64,000 nt of DNA, taken from an uncultured Gammaproteobacteria bacterium. GTDB taxonomy: Bacteria > Patescibacteriota > Microgenomatia > Levybacterales > GWA1-39-11. The translations under genes were made by a program, and so were the position numbers. Shown piece after piece: positions 47,340 to 56,046 of this stretch; within the stretch, counting starts at the first letter, position 1; every line of letters begins with the position of its first letter. The stretch spans positions 523,060-587,059 of the forward strand of contig CAYRKM010000001.1 in NCBI GenBank assembly GCA_964425075.1, given 5' to 3'. Below the pieces are notes generated by a model that saw only the letters and a program-made list of their open reading frames with translations, was not told where the DNA came from and searched no databases.

Positions 47340-48185
47340 ATGCCTCCAAATCATTTTCAGACTTTAAAGGAAAAACTTCAAGCACGGCACGAAGATATTA
47401 AAGGTAGGCTTGTTGATAAACACAAAGATGCTTTTGACTGGTTATCTTCAAATACCAAGCAACTTGCTGCAGGCACAATGGGAAGTCTTCTTTTGCTTAC
47501 ATCCCAGAATGCACCCCTAATATCCGACGGTAATGACAAAGTTCACACCGAGCAATTCCTGAAGGTTCCGGAGGGGCTGTTTGCTGTTTCAGAACTTGGG
47601 CAGTATCTTCCCGAAACGGTTGGTGTTATTTCCAAAAATCAAGAAGACAGAATTGCAGGGATACTTACGAATTATTATGGTGTTAATGTAAAACCCGATA
47701 TCAATGGATTAAGGCTCAAGCATACATATGGTTATATTGGAGCAGAGCAAAATCTGATGCGATATCCTGGAGACCAGGTTGAAAATATGGCCCCAGGAAG
47801 AGGTGCTTGGGGATATTTTGCGCCTTCAAAAGAAGAATTAACTCAAAAGGATATAGATAGAGAAAGATATTATATTGCCGTCCAAACTTTTCTTGCACCA
47901 GATTACACCACAAGGTTGTCTGAGTATAGAGATTTTTTCAAGTTTCGAAAAATGCTTGTTGTAAATCCCAATACTGGAAAGGCTATGGTTGTTGTTATTG
48001 GGGATGCAGGTCCTGCGGTTTGGACCGGAAAACATTTGGGTGGCTCACCAGAGGTTATGAAATATCTTGAAAGAGTCGACGGAAAGGCAAAAGGTCCCGT
48101 GTTATACTTTTTTATAGATGATCCTGAAGATAAAATTCCTTTAGGGCCCATTGAGCCAAAAGAGAAATTATTAGCAAATAATTAA
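47340..48185 (+). CDS. Hypothetical protein with a C-terminal RlpA-like double-psi beta-barrel (DPBB/3D-like) motif
   Basis: 281 aa. MLVVNPNTGKAMVVVIGDAGPAVWTGKHLGGSPEVMKYL resembles the RlpA core V.V.N..NG.SV.VR.NDRGP...GR.IDLS.AA...LG. Confidence 0.4.
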   Translation: MPPNHFQTLKEKLQARHEDIKGRLVDKHKDAFDWLSSNTKQLAAGTMGSLLLLTSQNAPLISDGNDKVHTEQFLKVPEGLFAVSELGQYLPETVGVISKNQEDRIAGILTNYYGVNVKPDINGLRLKHTYGYIGAEQNLMRYPGDQVENMAPGRGAWGYFAPSKEELTQKDIDRERYYIAVQTFLAPDYTTRLSEYRDFFKFRKMLVVNPNTGKAMVVVIGDAGPAVWTGKHLGGSPEVMKYLERVDGKAKGPVLYFFIDDPEDKIPLGPIEPKEKLLANN

Positions 48186-48213
48186 GTCAAGCTTGTTCAT
48201 TTTAAAACAAAAT

Positions 48214-48540
48214 ATGTCAAAACATTTTTTTAGCCATCTTATCGAAATCGATACTCTACATTTGGAGTTGGATTCGCTAGAAATGGAAGAGAGTGAGAAA
48301 ACTGAAGTAAGGGATTTAATAGAAAAAAATATTTATCACACGGTCCTTGATGCAGTTTTGTCTGAATTAACAGAAGAGGATAAAAAGATATTTTTATCTC
48401 ATCTTGCAGAGGATGATCATGAGAAAACTTGGAAGCTATTAAATAAAAAAGTAGAGAATATCGAGGAAAAAATAAAACAAGCAGCAGAAGATGTAAAAAA
48501 AGAATTACATCAGGATATCAAATCTACAAAAACTTCATAA
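48214..48540 (+). CDS. Hypothetical acidic helical protein (108 aa)
   Basis: The ORF-track start at 48193 is TTG; the ATG is at 48214. No homology recognised. Confidence 0.3.
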   Translation: MSKHFFSHLIEIDTLHLELDSLEMEESEKTEVRDLIEKNIYHTVLDAVLSELTEEDKKIFLSHLAEDDHEKTWKLLNKKVENIEEKIKQAAEDVKKELHQDIKSTKTS

Positions 48541-48544
48541 AGCT

Positions 48545-49756
48545 TTAGCGACCAGTAAAAAGAATGGCATTTGGAATATTTCTTCCTGGACCCACTTTAT
48601 AACCCCCACTCCATAAAGCAGTTGAGCCACCACTATCAAGATTGAGAGCATCAGATAATCCAAGAGTTTTTAATACATAAGCAACTTCTGCAACTGTTGC
48701 ATTATGAACAACTCCTATATAAACCTTTCCTCCTCCAGTACCCACAAAACTTCTTGACCCACGGCTTCCTTTTTTAGGATCCCCGTCACCTCCAAAAGCT
48801 ATATTGCCACCTGACAAAAGTAGGGGTTGATTGGCAATTACTCCGTCTACTCCAGTGTCTCGACCCCATCCAGAAGAATTTCCGATAAATCTTGCGTATC
48901 CACTCCCAAAAATTGCAACAGGAACAGAACTGTAGACATTGTTATCGGAATTAAAGTAATGTTTGTTTTTATTCATAAGTAATGTGTCATAGGAATTTGT
49001 TTTGCCAGCGCAAGATGGGTAAGAGGCTGGGCAAAAGTATGAACCATTGATTCCAGCAAAAGCTCCATTTCTTGCAACATAATCACCAAGAGAGAGAACT
49101 GGACAATTATCATGACAATCAGAATCCGAGGCCGTATCAACTATAACTCTTGTTGAGGATAGATCTGAGCTTACAATATCCACCAAAAATTCTCCAACCT
49201 CTGTACTTACTTTTTGTCGACTAAAGCCTTTAGAAGGAGCAGTATTGCTTGCTGTAACATTTGCAGGAATTGCAAAAGTACTTGCTATTTTGGCATTTTC
49301 ATCATCAAGCTGTTTGTTAAGAGTTTTCAAAGTGGAAGATGCGGAAGCATAATTTTTGTCAGCTAAATAGGAAAGCGTTTGGGCAAGAAGTTTATCAAGC
49401 GAATCGGTATTTTTACTTTTTGTTTTAAGTTCAAGAAGGGATTCGTAGGACTTAACAGTTTCGTTATAATTTTTTTGAATATTCTCTATTTCTTCTTGAA
49501 GAGTGTCGTTCCTTTTTACTTGGTCTTCATTTTTAAGTTTATCAAGCTCTACCTGAACGGAAGTTAACTTTTGGGTTAATAGAGTTTCTTTTTTCGATAA
49601 ATCTTTTATTTTAGTAATTTGGTATTGATACAAAATTAAGCCGCTTATTATAAGAAAAGCAATTGTGACACCAAGGGCCGGTAATATAAAGCTTTTAGGG
49701 ATGAATTTAAAATGAAGTTTTGATGGAAGCATAGTATCTACTATATAATATATCAT
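48545..49756 (-). CDS. Membrane-anchored coiled-coil protein with a C-terminal phosphodiester glycosidase (NAGPA/DUF2233) domain
   Basis: 403 aa. N-terminal TM, ~150-aa coiled-coil. C-terminal GINGSYF...NLDSGGSTAL matches the NAGPA-family signature. Confidence 0.5.
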   Translation of the reverse strand: MIYYIVDTMLPSKLHFKFIPKSFILPALGVTIAFLIISGLILYQYQITKIKDLSKKETLLTQKLTSVQVELDKLKNEDQVKRNDTLQEEIENIQKNYNETVKSYESLLELKTKSKNTDSLDKLLAQTLSYLADKNYASASSTLKTLNKQLDDENAKIASTFAIPANVTASNTAPSKGFSRQKVSTEVGEFLVDIVSSDLSSTRVIVDTASDSDCHDNCPVLSLGDYVARNGAFAGINGSYFCPASYPSCAGKTNSYDTLLMNKNKHYFNSDNNVYSSVPVAIFGSGYARFIGNSSGWGRDTGVDGVIANQPLLLSGGNIAFGGDGDPKKGSRGSRSFVGTGGGKVYIGVVHNATVAEVAYVLKTLGLSDALNLDSGGSTALWSGGYKVGPGRNIPNAILFTGR

Positions 49757-49760
49757 TCAT

Positions 49761-50324
49761 ATGAAAAGTTCCGCGAAAGAAAAGCTACTTCAAAAGATAG
49801 CTCAAGAAATTGAGAATTGTAAAGAATGTAAAGTTGGTAAAAGTGGGAAAGCGGTTCCCGGAGAAGGGAATTTTGATGCTGATATTCTTTTTGTGGGGGA
49901 GGCGCCGGGACGAAACGAAGCAGAGCAGGGACGGCCGTTTATTGGAAGATCGGGAAAGCTTCTAAGACGTTTGATAAATGAAGCGGGTTTGAGTGAGGAG
50001 GAGGTTTTTATAACCAGCCCGGTTAAGTATTTGCCTGATTATATAACTCCAACCCCAAGTGACATCGCCCATGGAAAAACACATTTTGACAAGCAAGTAG
50101 AGATAATAGATCCAAAAATTATAGTTTTGCTTGGTCGCGTTGCCTCTTTGGCGGTTTTAAATAAAAATATATTAGTCGCAAAAGAGCATGGCACAATCAT
50201 TGAAGAAAACGGGAAAAAATATTTTATAACTGTCCATCCCGCCGCAGCTTTAAGGTTTGTTAAAATGAAAAATACTTTACTTGAAGATTTTGAAAAACTC
50301 AAAAAACTACTTGCGGCCAGTTAA
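49761..50324 (+). CDS. Uracil-DNA glycosylase, family 4
   Basis: 187 aa. GEAPGRNEAEQGRPFIGRSGKLL is the family-4 UDG signature. Preceded by cysteines of the Fe-S cluster. Confidence 0.85.
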   Translation: MKSSAKEKLLQKIAQEIENCKECKVGKSGKAVPGEGNFDADILFVGEAPGRNEAEQGRPFIGRSGKLLRRLINEAGLSEEEVFITSPVKYLPDYITPTPSDIAHGKTHFDKQVEIIDPKIIVLLGRVASLAVLNKNILVAKEHGTIIEENGKKYFITVHPAAALRFVKMKNTLLEDFEKLKKLLAAS

Positions 50325-50786
50325 TTTTTTGTTATTTTTTACAAATTTCCAATAACCAACAAAAAGAGCAACTGCAAGACCAACTGTTACAACAAAAAAC
50401 CTGAACATTTCATCAGTGCTTACAAATCCTCGAATGATTGCATAAACCAATGTAAAGAGTCCTCCAAGCAAAATTCCATCTGATAAGATTAGTATTTTCT
50501 CAAGCAATACGAGGCTAATAACAACAAATAATACAGCAGATATTGTTGCAAGGATGGAAACATTTCTGTTGTAAGGTTCAAGCCTTTTTTGATATTCTCT
50601 TGAGCTTATCTCAAATTCGCGTTGTTTTGCAGCATCTGATGCGGATAATGTCCCGTCTGCCTTAAAGGAAGTCATGATGGGATAGTCAGGAGCTTTGGGT
50701 TCTTTATAAAACGCAGCAATTCCAACACCTATAAATACTGCAAGAAGTGCGCCCAAAAAGAAAGAATAGATATATCGAATTACCAT
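50307..50786 (-). CDS. Hypothetical membrane protein (3-4 TM)
   Basis: 159 aa, hydrophobic helices. No homology recognised. Confidence 0.4.
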   Translation of the reverse strand: MVIRYIYSFFLGALLAVFIGVGIAAFYKEPKAPDYPIMTSFKADGTLSASDAAKQREFEISSREYQKRLEPYNRNVSILATISAVLFVVISLVLLEKILILSDGILLGGLFTLVYAIIRGFVSTDEMFRFFVVTVGLAVALFVGYWKFVKNNKKLTGRK

Positions 50787-51119
50787 TTAATGATCTTTAT
50801 TATAACGATGCTCTATCTTTTTAAGTTTATCATTTAGGGCACGTTCTATGTCTACTCGAGCAACAGCTGCAAGTTGCATAGTTGTGATTATGACATCTGC
50901 AAATTCTTCATAAAAATTTCTTTTATCAAATTTGTCGAGCTTGCTTTTTCTTTGAAGTTTTAAAACTGAAAGAATATCGTTACAGAGTTCTCCAACTTCC
51001 TCATTTAGCTTTATTGTTTTTGTCAAAATTTCCTTTTCCTCTTGCGAATAGAGCTTGTAGTGAGGTTTGGCTCGTTGGTTTAGCGTATTAATCCTTGTTT
51101 GAAGCGACTTTATATCCAT
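50787..51119 (-). CDS. MazG-like nucleotide pyrophosphohydrolase domain protein
   Basis: 110 aa. LNEEVGELCNDIL and EEFADVIITTMQLA match the paired EExxE/EExxD MazG motifs. Confidence 0.55.
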   Translation of the reverse strand: MDIKSLQTRINTLNQRAKPHYKLYSQEEKEILTKTIKLNEEVGELCNDILSVLKLQRKSKLDKFDKRNFYEEFADVIITTMQLAAVARVDIERALNDKLKKIEHRYNKDH

Positions 51120-51183
51120 ATAGTAAGTATACTCCTTTTTTAAAAGAGCAACTACTTTTTGACTAATGGTGTAATATTAAGAT

Positions 51184-51576
51184 ATGACACGACTAACCCT
51201 AAAAAGAGACGAAAAAGAGGAAATTCAGGAAGCAGAAGTTGTTACTCGATGGAGTGCTCCAAAGATTTTGATAGCAGTAGGAGTAATTGCTTTGGTTGGA
51301 ATGTTTGGGGTGTATTTTTGGGATAATTTAAAATCAAACGATGAAAATGTCCTGGGGGTAAAAGAAAGGGCTAAAAATAAAGCTCAAATTGAGATTCCCT
51401 CAAAAGAGAAAGTCTCCGAAATTCTAGAGCAAGCTCGTGAAAGCATTTCAAATATTGACACAGAGAATTTAGTTGACTCACAGCCACAGATAAAAAAGGC
51501 AATCGAGGATTTAGAGAAATTAACGACCACAGATACAAATGCAAAAAAAGTAGTATGTGATGCTGTTTGTAAATGA
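51184..51576 (+). CDS. Hypothetical single-pass membrane protein
   Basis: 130 aa. TM ILIAVGVIALVGMFGVYFW. Confidence 0.35.
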   Translation: MTRLTLKRDEKEEIQEAEVVTRWSAPKILIAVGVIALVGMFGVYFWDNLKSNDENVLGVKERAKNKAQIEIPSKEKVSEILEQARESISNIDTENLVDSQPQIKKAIEDLEKLTTTDTNAKKVVCDAVCK

Positions 51577-52835
51577 AGAAATTAAAGAAAATATTAAAAA
51601 CCCTAGGTCCAGGTTTTATTACCGGTGCGTCTGATGATGATCCATCGGGAATTGCAACATATTCCCAAACCGGTGCTCAATTTGGATATCAACAGTTATG
51701 GACTGCGCCTTTTTCATTTCCATTCATGACTGTAATTCAGGAAATGTGTGGTCGAATAGGAATGGTGACAGGAAAAGGAATATCTGGCGTTATTAAGAAA
51801 CATTATTCTCCTACGATTTTATATTTTGCAGTTTTAATTCTTTTTATCGCAAACACTGTAAATATAGGTGCAAATTTAGGTGCAATGGCGTCATCCGCAC
51901 AACTTCTCGTGGGTTTACCTTTTTACGCTTGTCTTCTTATCATGGTTGTGATTTCCCTGTTGCTTCAAATTTTCGTGTCCTACTCAACATATTCAAAGGT
52001 CCTTAAATACCTTACATTGTCCCTTCTTGCATACATAATTACTGTTTTTGTAGTTAAGCAAAACTGGACCGCTATTGCACTATCAACTCTTTTACCCTCA
52101 TTTTCATTTAACAAAGCATATATAACCAATATCGTTGCTATTCTTGGAACAACAATTTCTCCCTATTTGTTTTTCTGGCAAGCTGATGAGGAGGTAGAGG
52201 AAGAGATAGAAGAAAACAAACTTCACTCAATGGGACATGGATTACCAACAATTAACATAAGAAGCATAAGAAGGATGAGGAAAGACACTATTGTTGGGAT
52301 GTTCTTATCTAACCTAGTAATGTTTTTCATAATTGCAACCACCGCCTCTACTCTTAATGCTAATGGAATAACAGAAGTAGCTACAGCAACAGACGCCGCA
52401 AAAGCATTACAGCCTCTGGCTGGACAATTTGCTTTTATTCTCTTTGCCGCAGGGATAATCGGGAGCGGTTTTTTGGCAGTACCAATTCTTGCTGGTTCTG
52501 CTTCATATGCTCTTGCTGAAGCAGTGGGTTGGAGGGAAGGATTGTATCTTAAGTTTTCAAAAGCACACGGATTTTATGCTGTTATTGCTCTTGCAACAAT
52601 ACTTGGGATTGTTGTTAATTTTACGCCGATAAAACCGTTTCAAATGCTTTATTACACAGCAATTTTAAATGGAATGGTTGCGCCATTTTTAATGGTGATG
52701 ATACTTCTTATTTGTAACAATAAAAAAATTATGGGAAATTACACAAATTCTCTTTTTTCAAACATAATGGGAATTATTATAACTGCCGTTATGAGTATCT
52801 CTTCTATTTTCCTCCTCGTTTCATTTTTCCTCTAA
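51573..52835 (+). CDS. mntH: NRAMP-family divalent metal (Mn2+/Fe2+) transporter
   Basis: 420 aa. GPGFITGASDDDPSGIATYSQTGAQFGYQQLW is the NRAMP consensus (DPGN-like motif). About 11 TM helices. Confidence 0.85.
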   Translation: MKKLKKILKTLGPGFITGASDDDPSGIATYSQTGAQFGYQQLWTAPFSFPFMTVIQEMCGRIGMVTGKGISGVIKKHYSPTILYFAVLILFIANTVNIGANLGAMASSAQLLVGLPFYACLLIMVVISLLLQIFVSYSTYSKVLKYLTLSLLAYIITVFVVKQNWTAIALSTLLPSFSFNKAYITNIVAILGTTISPYLFFWQADEEVEEEIEENKLHSMGHGLPTINIRSIRRMRKDTIVGMFLSNLVMFFIIATTASTLNANGITEVATATDAAKALQPLAGQFAFILFAAGIIGSGFLAVPILAGSASYALAEAVGWREGLYLKFSKAHGFYAVIALATILGIVVNFTPIKPFQMLYYTAILNGMVAPFLMVMILLICNNKKIMGNYTNSLFSNIMGIIITAVMSISSIFLLVSFFL

Positions 52836-52853
52836 ACTCAATATAATAGGCAC

Positions 52854-53861
52854 ATGGAAGAGTTAAAAAAACGTGCTGAGATAGTTCTTGCAAAAATTAA
52901 TATTGAAGAAAAACGTCGTAGATTTAAGGAAATCGAAGCCCTCTCAATGGGGCCAGATTTTTGGAAAGATTCGGTAAGCGCTACAAAACTAATGCAGGAA
53001 TTTGGATTACTCCAAAAGGAAATTGAGAGTTTTGAAAAAATCGAAAATTTACTTAAAGAAGGTAAATATAAAGATCTTGAAGAGCCATTATCCAATATAG
53101 AGCTTTATTTATATCTCTCAGGAAGATTTGATAAGGCAAATGCTTTTCTTACAATTCACGCCGGTCAAGGTGGAGTTGACGCGATGGATTGGGCTCAAAT
53201 GTTGTCCCGAATGTATCAAAGATATTTTGAGAGAAAAGGATACAAATACGAAGTAATGGATGAAACAAAAGGCGAGGAGGCTGGAATTAAGAACATTAAT
53301 TTTCTTGTTGAAGGAGAATTTGCATATGGATATTTAAAAAATGAAACAGGAACACACCGCATGGTAAGACTCTCACCATTTAATGCAAACAACCTTCGTC
53401 AAACCTCATTTGCTTTAGTTGAAGTTCTTCCTCAAACAGATGAAGATTTTGGAACTGTTATAAATGAAGACGATCTGGAGTGGGATTTTTATAGAGCCTC
53501 GTCCCACGGTGGACAAAATGTTCAAAAGGTGTCAAGTGCCGTACGGCTTACTCACAAACCAACAGGAATTGTTGTGACTTCCCAAACTGAAAGATACCAA
53601 AACCAAAATAGGGAATATGCTCTAAAACTTTTGAAAGCAAAATTATTGGTTCTTGATGAAAAAAAGAGAAAAGATGAAGAGGCAAAAATGAAAGGTGAGT
53701 ATAAACCAGCTTCCTGGGGCAATCAGATAAGAAATTATGTTTTGCATCCATACCAAATGGTAAAAGACGTGAGAACGCAGGTTGAGACAAGTAATGTTGA
53801 TGCGGTTTTGGATGGGGAGATAGATATCTTTATTGACGCAGAACTAAAGGAATTATCTTAA
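52854..53861 (+). CDS. prfB: Peptide chain release factor 2, encoded as a continuous ORF without the programmed +1 frameshift
   Basis: 335 aa. SPF tripeptide (SPFNANNLRQTSFA) and GGQ (SSHGGQNVQKVSSAVRLTH). An in-frame TAA sits 18 nt upstream. No CTTTGAC shift site. Confidence 0.85.
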   Translation: MEELKKRAEIVLAKINIEEKRRRFKEIEALSMGPDFWKDSVSATKLMQEFGLLQKEIESFEKIENLLKEGKYKDLEEPLSNIELYLYLSGRFDKANAFLTIHAGQGGVDAMDWAQMLSRMYQRYFERKGYKYEVMDETKGEEAGIKNINFLVEGEFAYGYLKNETGTHRMVRLSPFNANNLRQTSFALVEVLPQTDEDFGTVINEDDLEWDFYRASSHGGQNVQKVSSAVRLTHKPTGIVVTSQTERYQNQNREYALKLLKAKLLVLDEKKRKDEEAKMKGEYKPASWGNQIRNYVLHPYQMVKDVRTQVETSNVDAVLDGEIDIFIDAELKELS

Positions 53862-54527
53862 TTCTATTTGTTCTATTTCGCTAAACTGCAATGAAGGATA
53901 GAGGGTTTCATTGCGAAGAGTAATTTTATTCAGCTTCATTTCTACCTTCTCATTGTGAATTTTAATATAGTCTAGTACTGCTTGTGGGTTTTTGAGTTTT
54001 CTTTTATAACGCGCAACTGTTGTGTGAATAATGTGTACTTTTTTTATTGTTTCTTTTGGAAAAGGCAATTCTGAAAATAGATTATTTCTCAAAGTTTCAA
54101 CTTCATCATTTTCGTCGTAACCGCACCATATTATCCCACCCGTAGTAGCTATTAGTTCAGAGAAGGTTAGATTTATTGACGGATAGTGCCTATTTAGCCT
54201 CTGAAATTTTTCCAAGAAGTTTTCTTTTATTTCTTCCCACGCCTTTTCGTTTCCCTGAGGATAATCCTGCAAACAGTCAACCACCTGATTAATAGTTAGG
54301 TGCTGAGATGATGGGGGTGGGCAATTGAGATTGCCAGGTTCAAATACTTGAAGATCATTTTGGTATTTTGAAAGCATTGTTTTTACTTTTTCATCCAAAA
54401 CTCCATAGAGAAGCATTCCCCAAATTGGCTGATTCCACATGGTGTCCACAAGTAGTTCATTATTTCGAAAGGATTCTAGATTTGATAACTTGATTGATTG
54501 GTGCTTAAGTCTTAAACGTGTATTCAT
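53853..54527 (-). CDS. Putative 2H phosphoesterase superfamily protein (LigT/ThpR-like)
   Basis: 224 aa with two H-x-T-x motifs about 95 residues apart (SQHLTINQ and IIHTTVARY). This is the hallmark of the 2H fold. Confidence 0.4.
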   Translation of the reverse strand: MNTRLRLKHQSIKLSNLESFRNNELLVDTMWNQPIWGMLLYGVLDEKVKTMLSKYQNDLQVFEPGNLNCPPPSSQHLTINQVVDCLQDYPQGNEKAWEEIKENFLEKFQRLNRHYPSINLTFSELIATTGGIIWCGYDENDEVETLRNNLFSELPFPKETIKKVHIIHTTVARYKRKLKNPQAVLDYIKIHNEKVEMKLNKITLRNETLYPSLQFSEIEQIELR

Positions 54528-54609
54528 TAAAAGATTATAGCAAACAAGTTGGAATCCAGGCTTTGTAAGACTTGATTAGGCTCTTAAAATATGCTTAACT
54601 AGAGAAACC

Positions 54610-55092
54610 ATGGAAGAACAACAAGCTTCAAATAACAACTTAATCCACGATATGAGTGGGTCTAAGAAAAGAGTTTCTACAGGTGCTTCCTCAGCTGGCA
54701 AATCCTTACTTGTGGTTATAGTTATTATGGTAATTTTAGGTCTTGGAACAGGATATATTGCCGCAAATGTTGCAGGTGGTGCCAAAAAAGGTCCAACTTC
54801 AATTGGGGAGGACTTGAGCAGTGGAGAAATTAAAAAAGGAGCAACTGTAGGAGTTGATGATCCGAAAGAATTTCCCGACACAGCAGAAGGAGACCTAAAG
54901 GAAGGTGGAATTGATGGAGAGGGAGAATATCATCTTGAACGACCCGGAGGAGAATCTCAAAATGTTTATCTAACGTCATCAATAGTTGACCTTTCTCAGT
55001 TTGTAGGTAAAAAGGTAAGAGTGCAGGGGGCAACATTTTCTGCTGAAAAAGCTGGGTGGTTAATGGACGTGGGCAAACTTGAAGTGCTCTAG
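54610..55092 (+). CDS. Hypothetical membrane-anchored protein upstream of ftsE
   Basis: 160 aa. TM SLLVVIVIMVILGLGTGYIAANVAG. Gly/Glu-rich ectodomain. Confidence 0.4.
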   Translation: MEEQQASNNNLIHDMSGSKKRVSTGASSAGKSLLVVIVIMVILGLGTGYIAANVAGGAKKGPTSIGEDLSSGEIKKGATVGVDDPKEFPDTAEGDLKEGGIDGEGEYHLERPGGESQNVYLTSSIVDLSQFVGKKVRVQGATFSAEKAGWLMDVGKLEVL

Positions 55093-55129
55093 GCTATAAG
55101 AATTCATTTGCAGTATTACATGGTTTTAA

Positions 55130-55927
55130 ATGATAAGATTTCAGGACGTATCAAAGCAATACTATTCTAATCTTGCCCTTGATAGGGTATCTTTTGATAT
55201 AGAAAAGGGCGACTTCGTTTTCCTCGTGGGGCCTACTGGTTCTGGAAAAACCACAATCTTCCGACTCATTATTAGAGATTTACTTCCAACTGAGGGCGTT
55301 ATAACAATTGGAGAAATTGATGTAGCGAAATTACCTCAAAACAAAGTTAGGCAATTAAGGCGAAATGTCGGCGTAGTATTTCAAGACCTAAAGCTCTTAA
55401 ATGATAGAACTGTTGGAGAAAACGTAATGCTTCCGCTTCAATTTTCTGGAGTATCAGAGAAAGATGCAAAGGAAAAAGCAAGAGAAGTACTCATCAACGT
55501 GGGTCTTGAAGAAGCATTTGATAAATTTCCAATGCAGCTTTCGGGTGGTGAGCGTCAAAGAGTAGCTATAGCCCGTGCTTTAGTGTTTGACCCTGAAGTG
55601 ATAATTGCTGACGAGCCTACAGGAAATCTTGATATGCAAACATCCCTTCAAATCCTTGACCTTCTTGATAGTATTAACAAAAAAGGGACAACTATATTTA
55701 TGGCAACTCATAATGATAGGATTATTGATTCTTCAAAAAAGAGAATACTTGTGGTCGAAAAGGGTAGGATAAAGGAAGATCGGAAAAAAGCTCATGATGC
55801 AAAAAAACATGATGAAGAGATAAAGCACGAGGCAAAACCTAAAGAGGAAAAGTTAGACGAGAAACACCACGAGAATAATGAAGAGACTGAAAAAAAGATA
55901 AAGCTTGAAAGTCTGGCATCAAAATAA
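55130..55927 (+). CDS. ftsE: Cell-division ABC ATPase FtsE with a ~45-aa Lys/Glu/His-rich C-terminal extension
   Basis: 265 aa. Walker A GPTGSGKTT, LSGGERQRVAIARAL signature, Walker B IIADEPT. Confidence 0.85.
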   Translation: MIRFQDVSKQYYSNLALDRVSFDIEKGDFVFLVGPTGSGKTTIFRLIIRDLLPTEGVITIGEIDVAKLPQNKVRQLRRNVGVVFQDLKLLNDRTVGENVMLPLQFSGVSEKDAKEKAREVLINVGLEEAFDKFPMQLSGGERQRVAIARALVFDPEVIIADEPTGNLDMQTSLQILDLLDSINKKGTTIFMATHNDRIIDSSKKRILVVEKGRIKEDRKKAHDAKKHDEEIKHEAKPKEEKLDEKHHENNEETEKKIKLESLASK

Positions 55928-56008
55928 GTAGAAAGTAGGAGGTAGTAAGCAGAAAGGAAAAGAATTAAGGACTAAGAATTAAGACCTGTGAATTGAGGAT
56001 TATAGATT

Positions 56009-56036
56009 AACTGAAAACTGATAACTGTAAACTGAG
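56009..56036 (+). repeat. Four tandem heptamer repeats AACTGAA-AACTGAT-AACTGTA-AACTGAG, 10 nt upstream of the ftsX ATG; AAGAATTAAG also occurs twice (55960, 55974)
   Basis: Exact 7-nt periodicity of an AACTG core across 28 nt in the ftsE-ftsX intergenic region. Confidence 0.6.
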
Positions 56037-56046
56037 AATTAATTAT

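Noticed and set aside
52838-53095. Search for the RF2 programmed +1 frameshift (short ORF0 ending CTT TGA C)
   Set aside because: An in-frame TAA lies 18 nt upstream of the prfB ATG, there is no shift motif, and prfB is intact as a single ORF. The 85-aa antisense ORF there is spurious.
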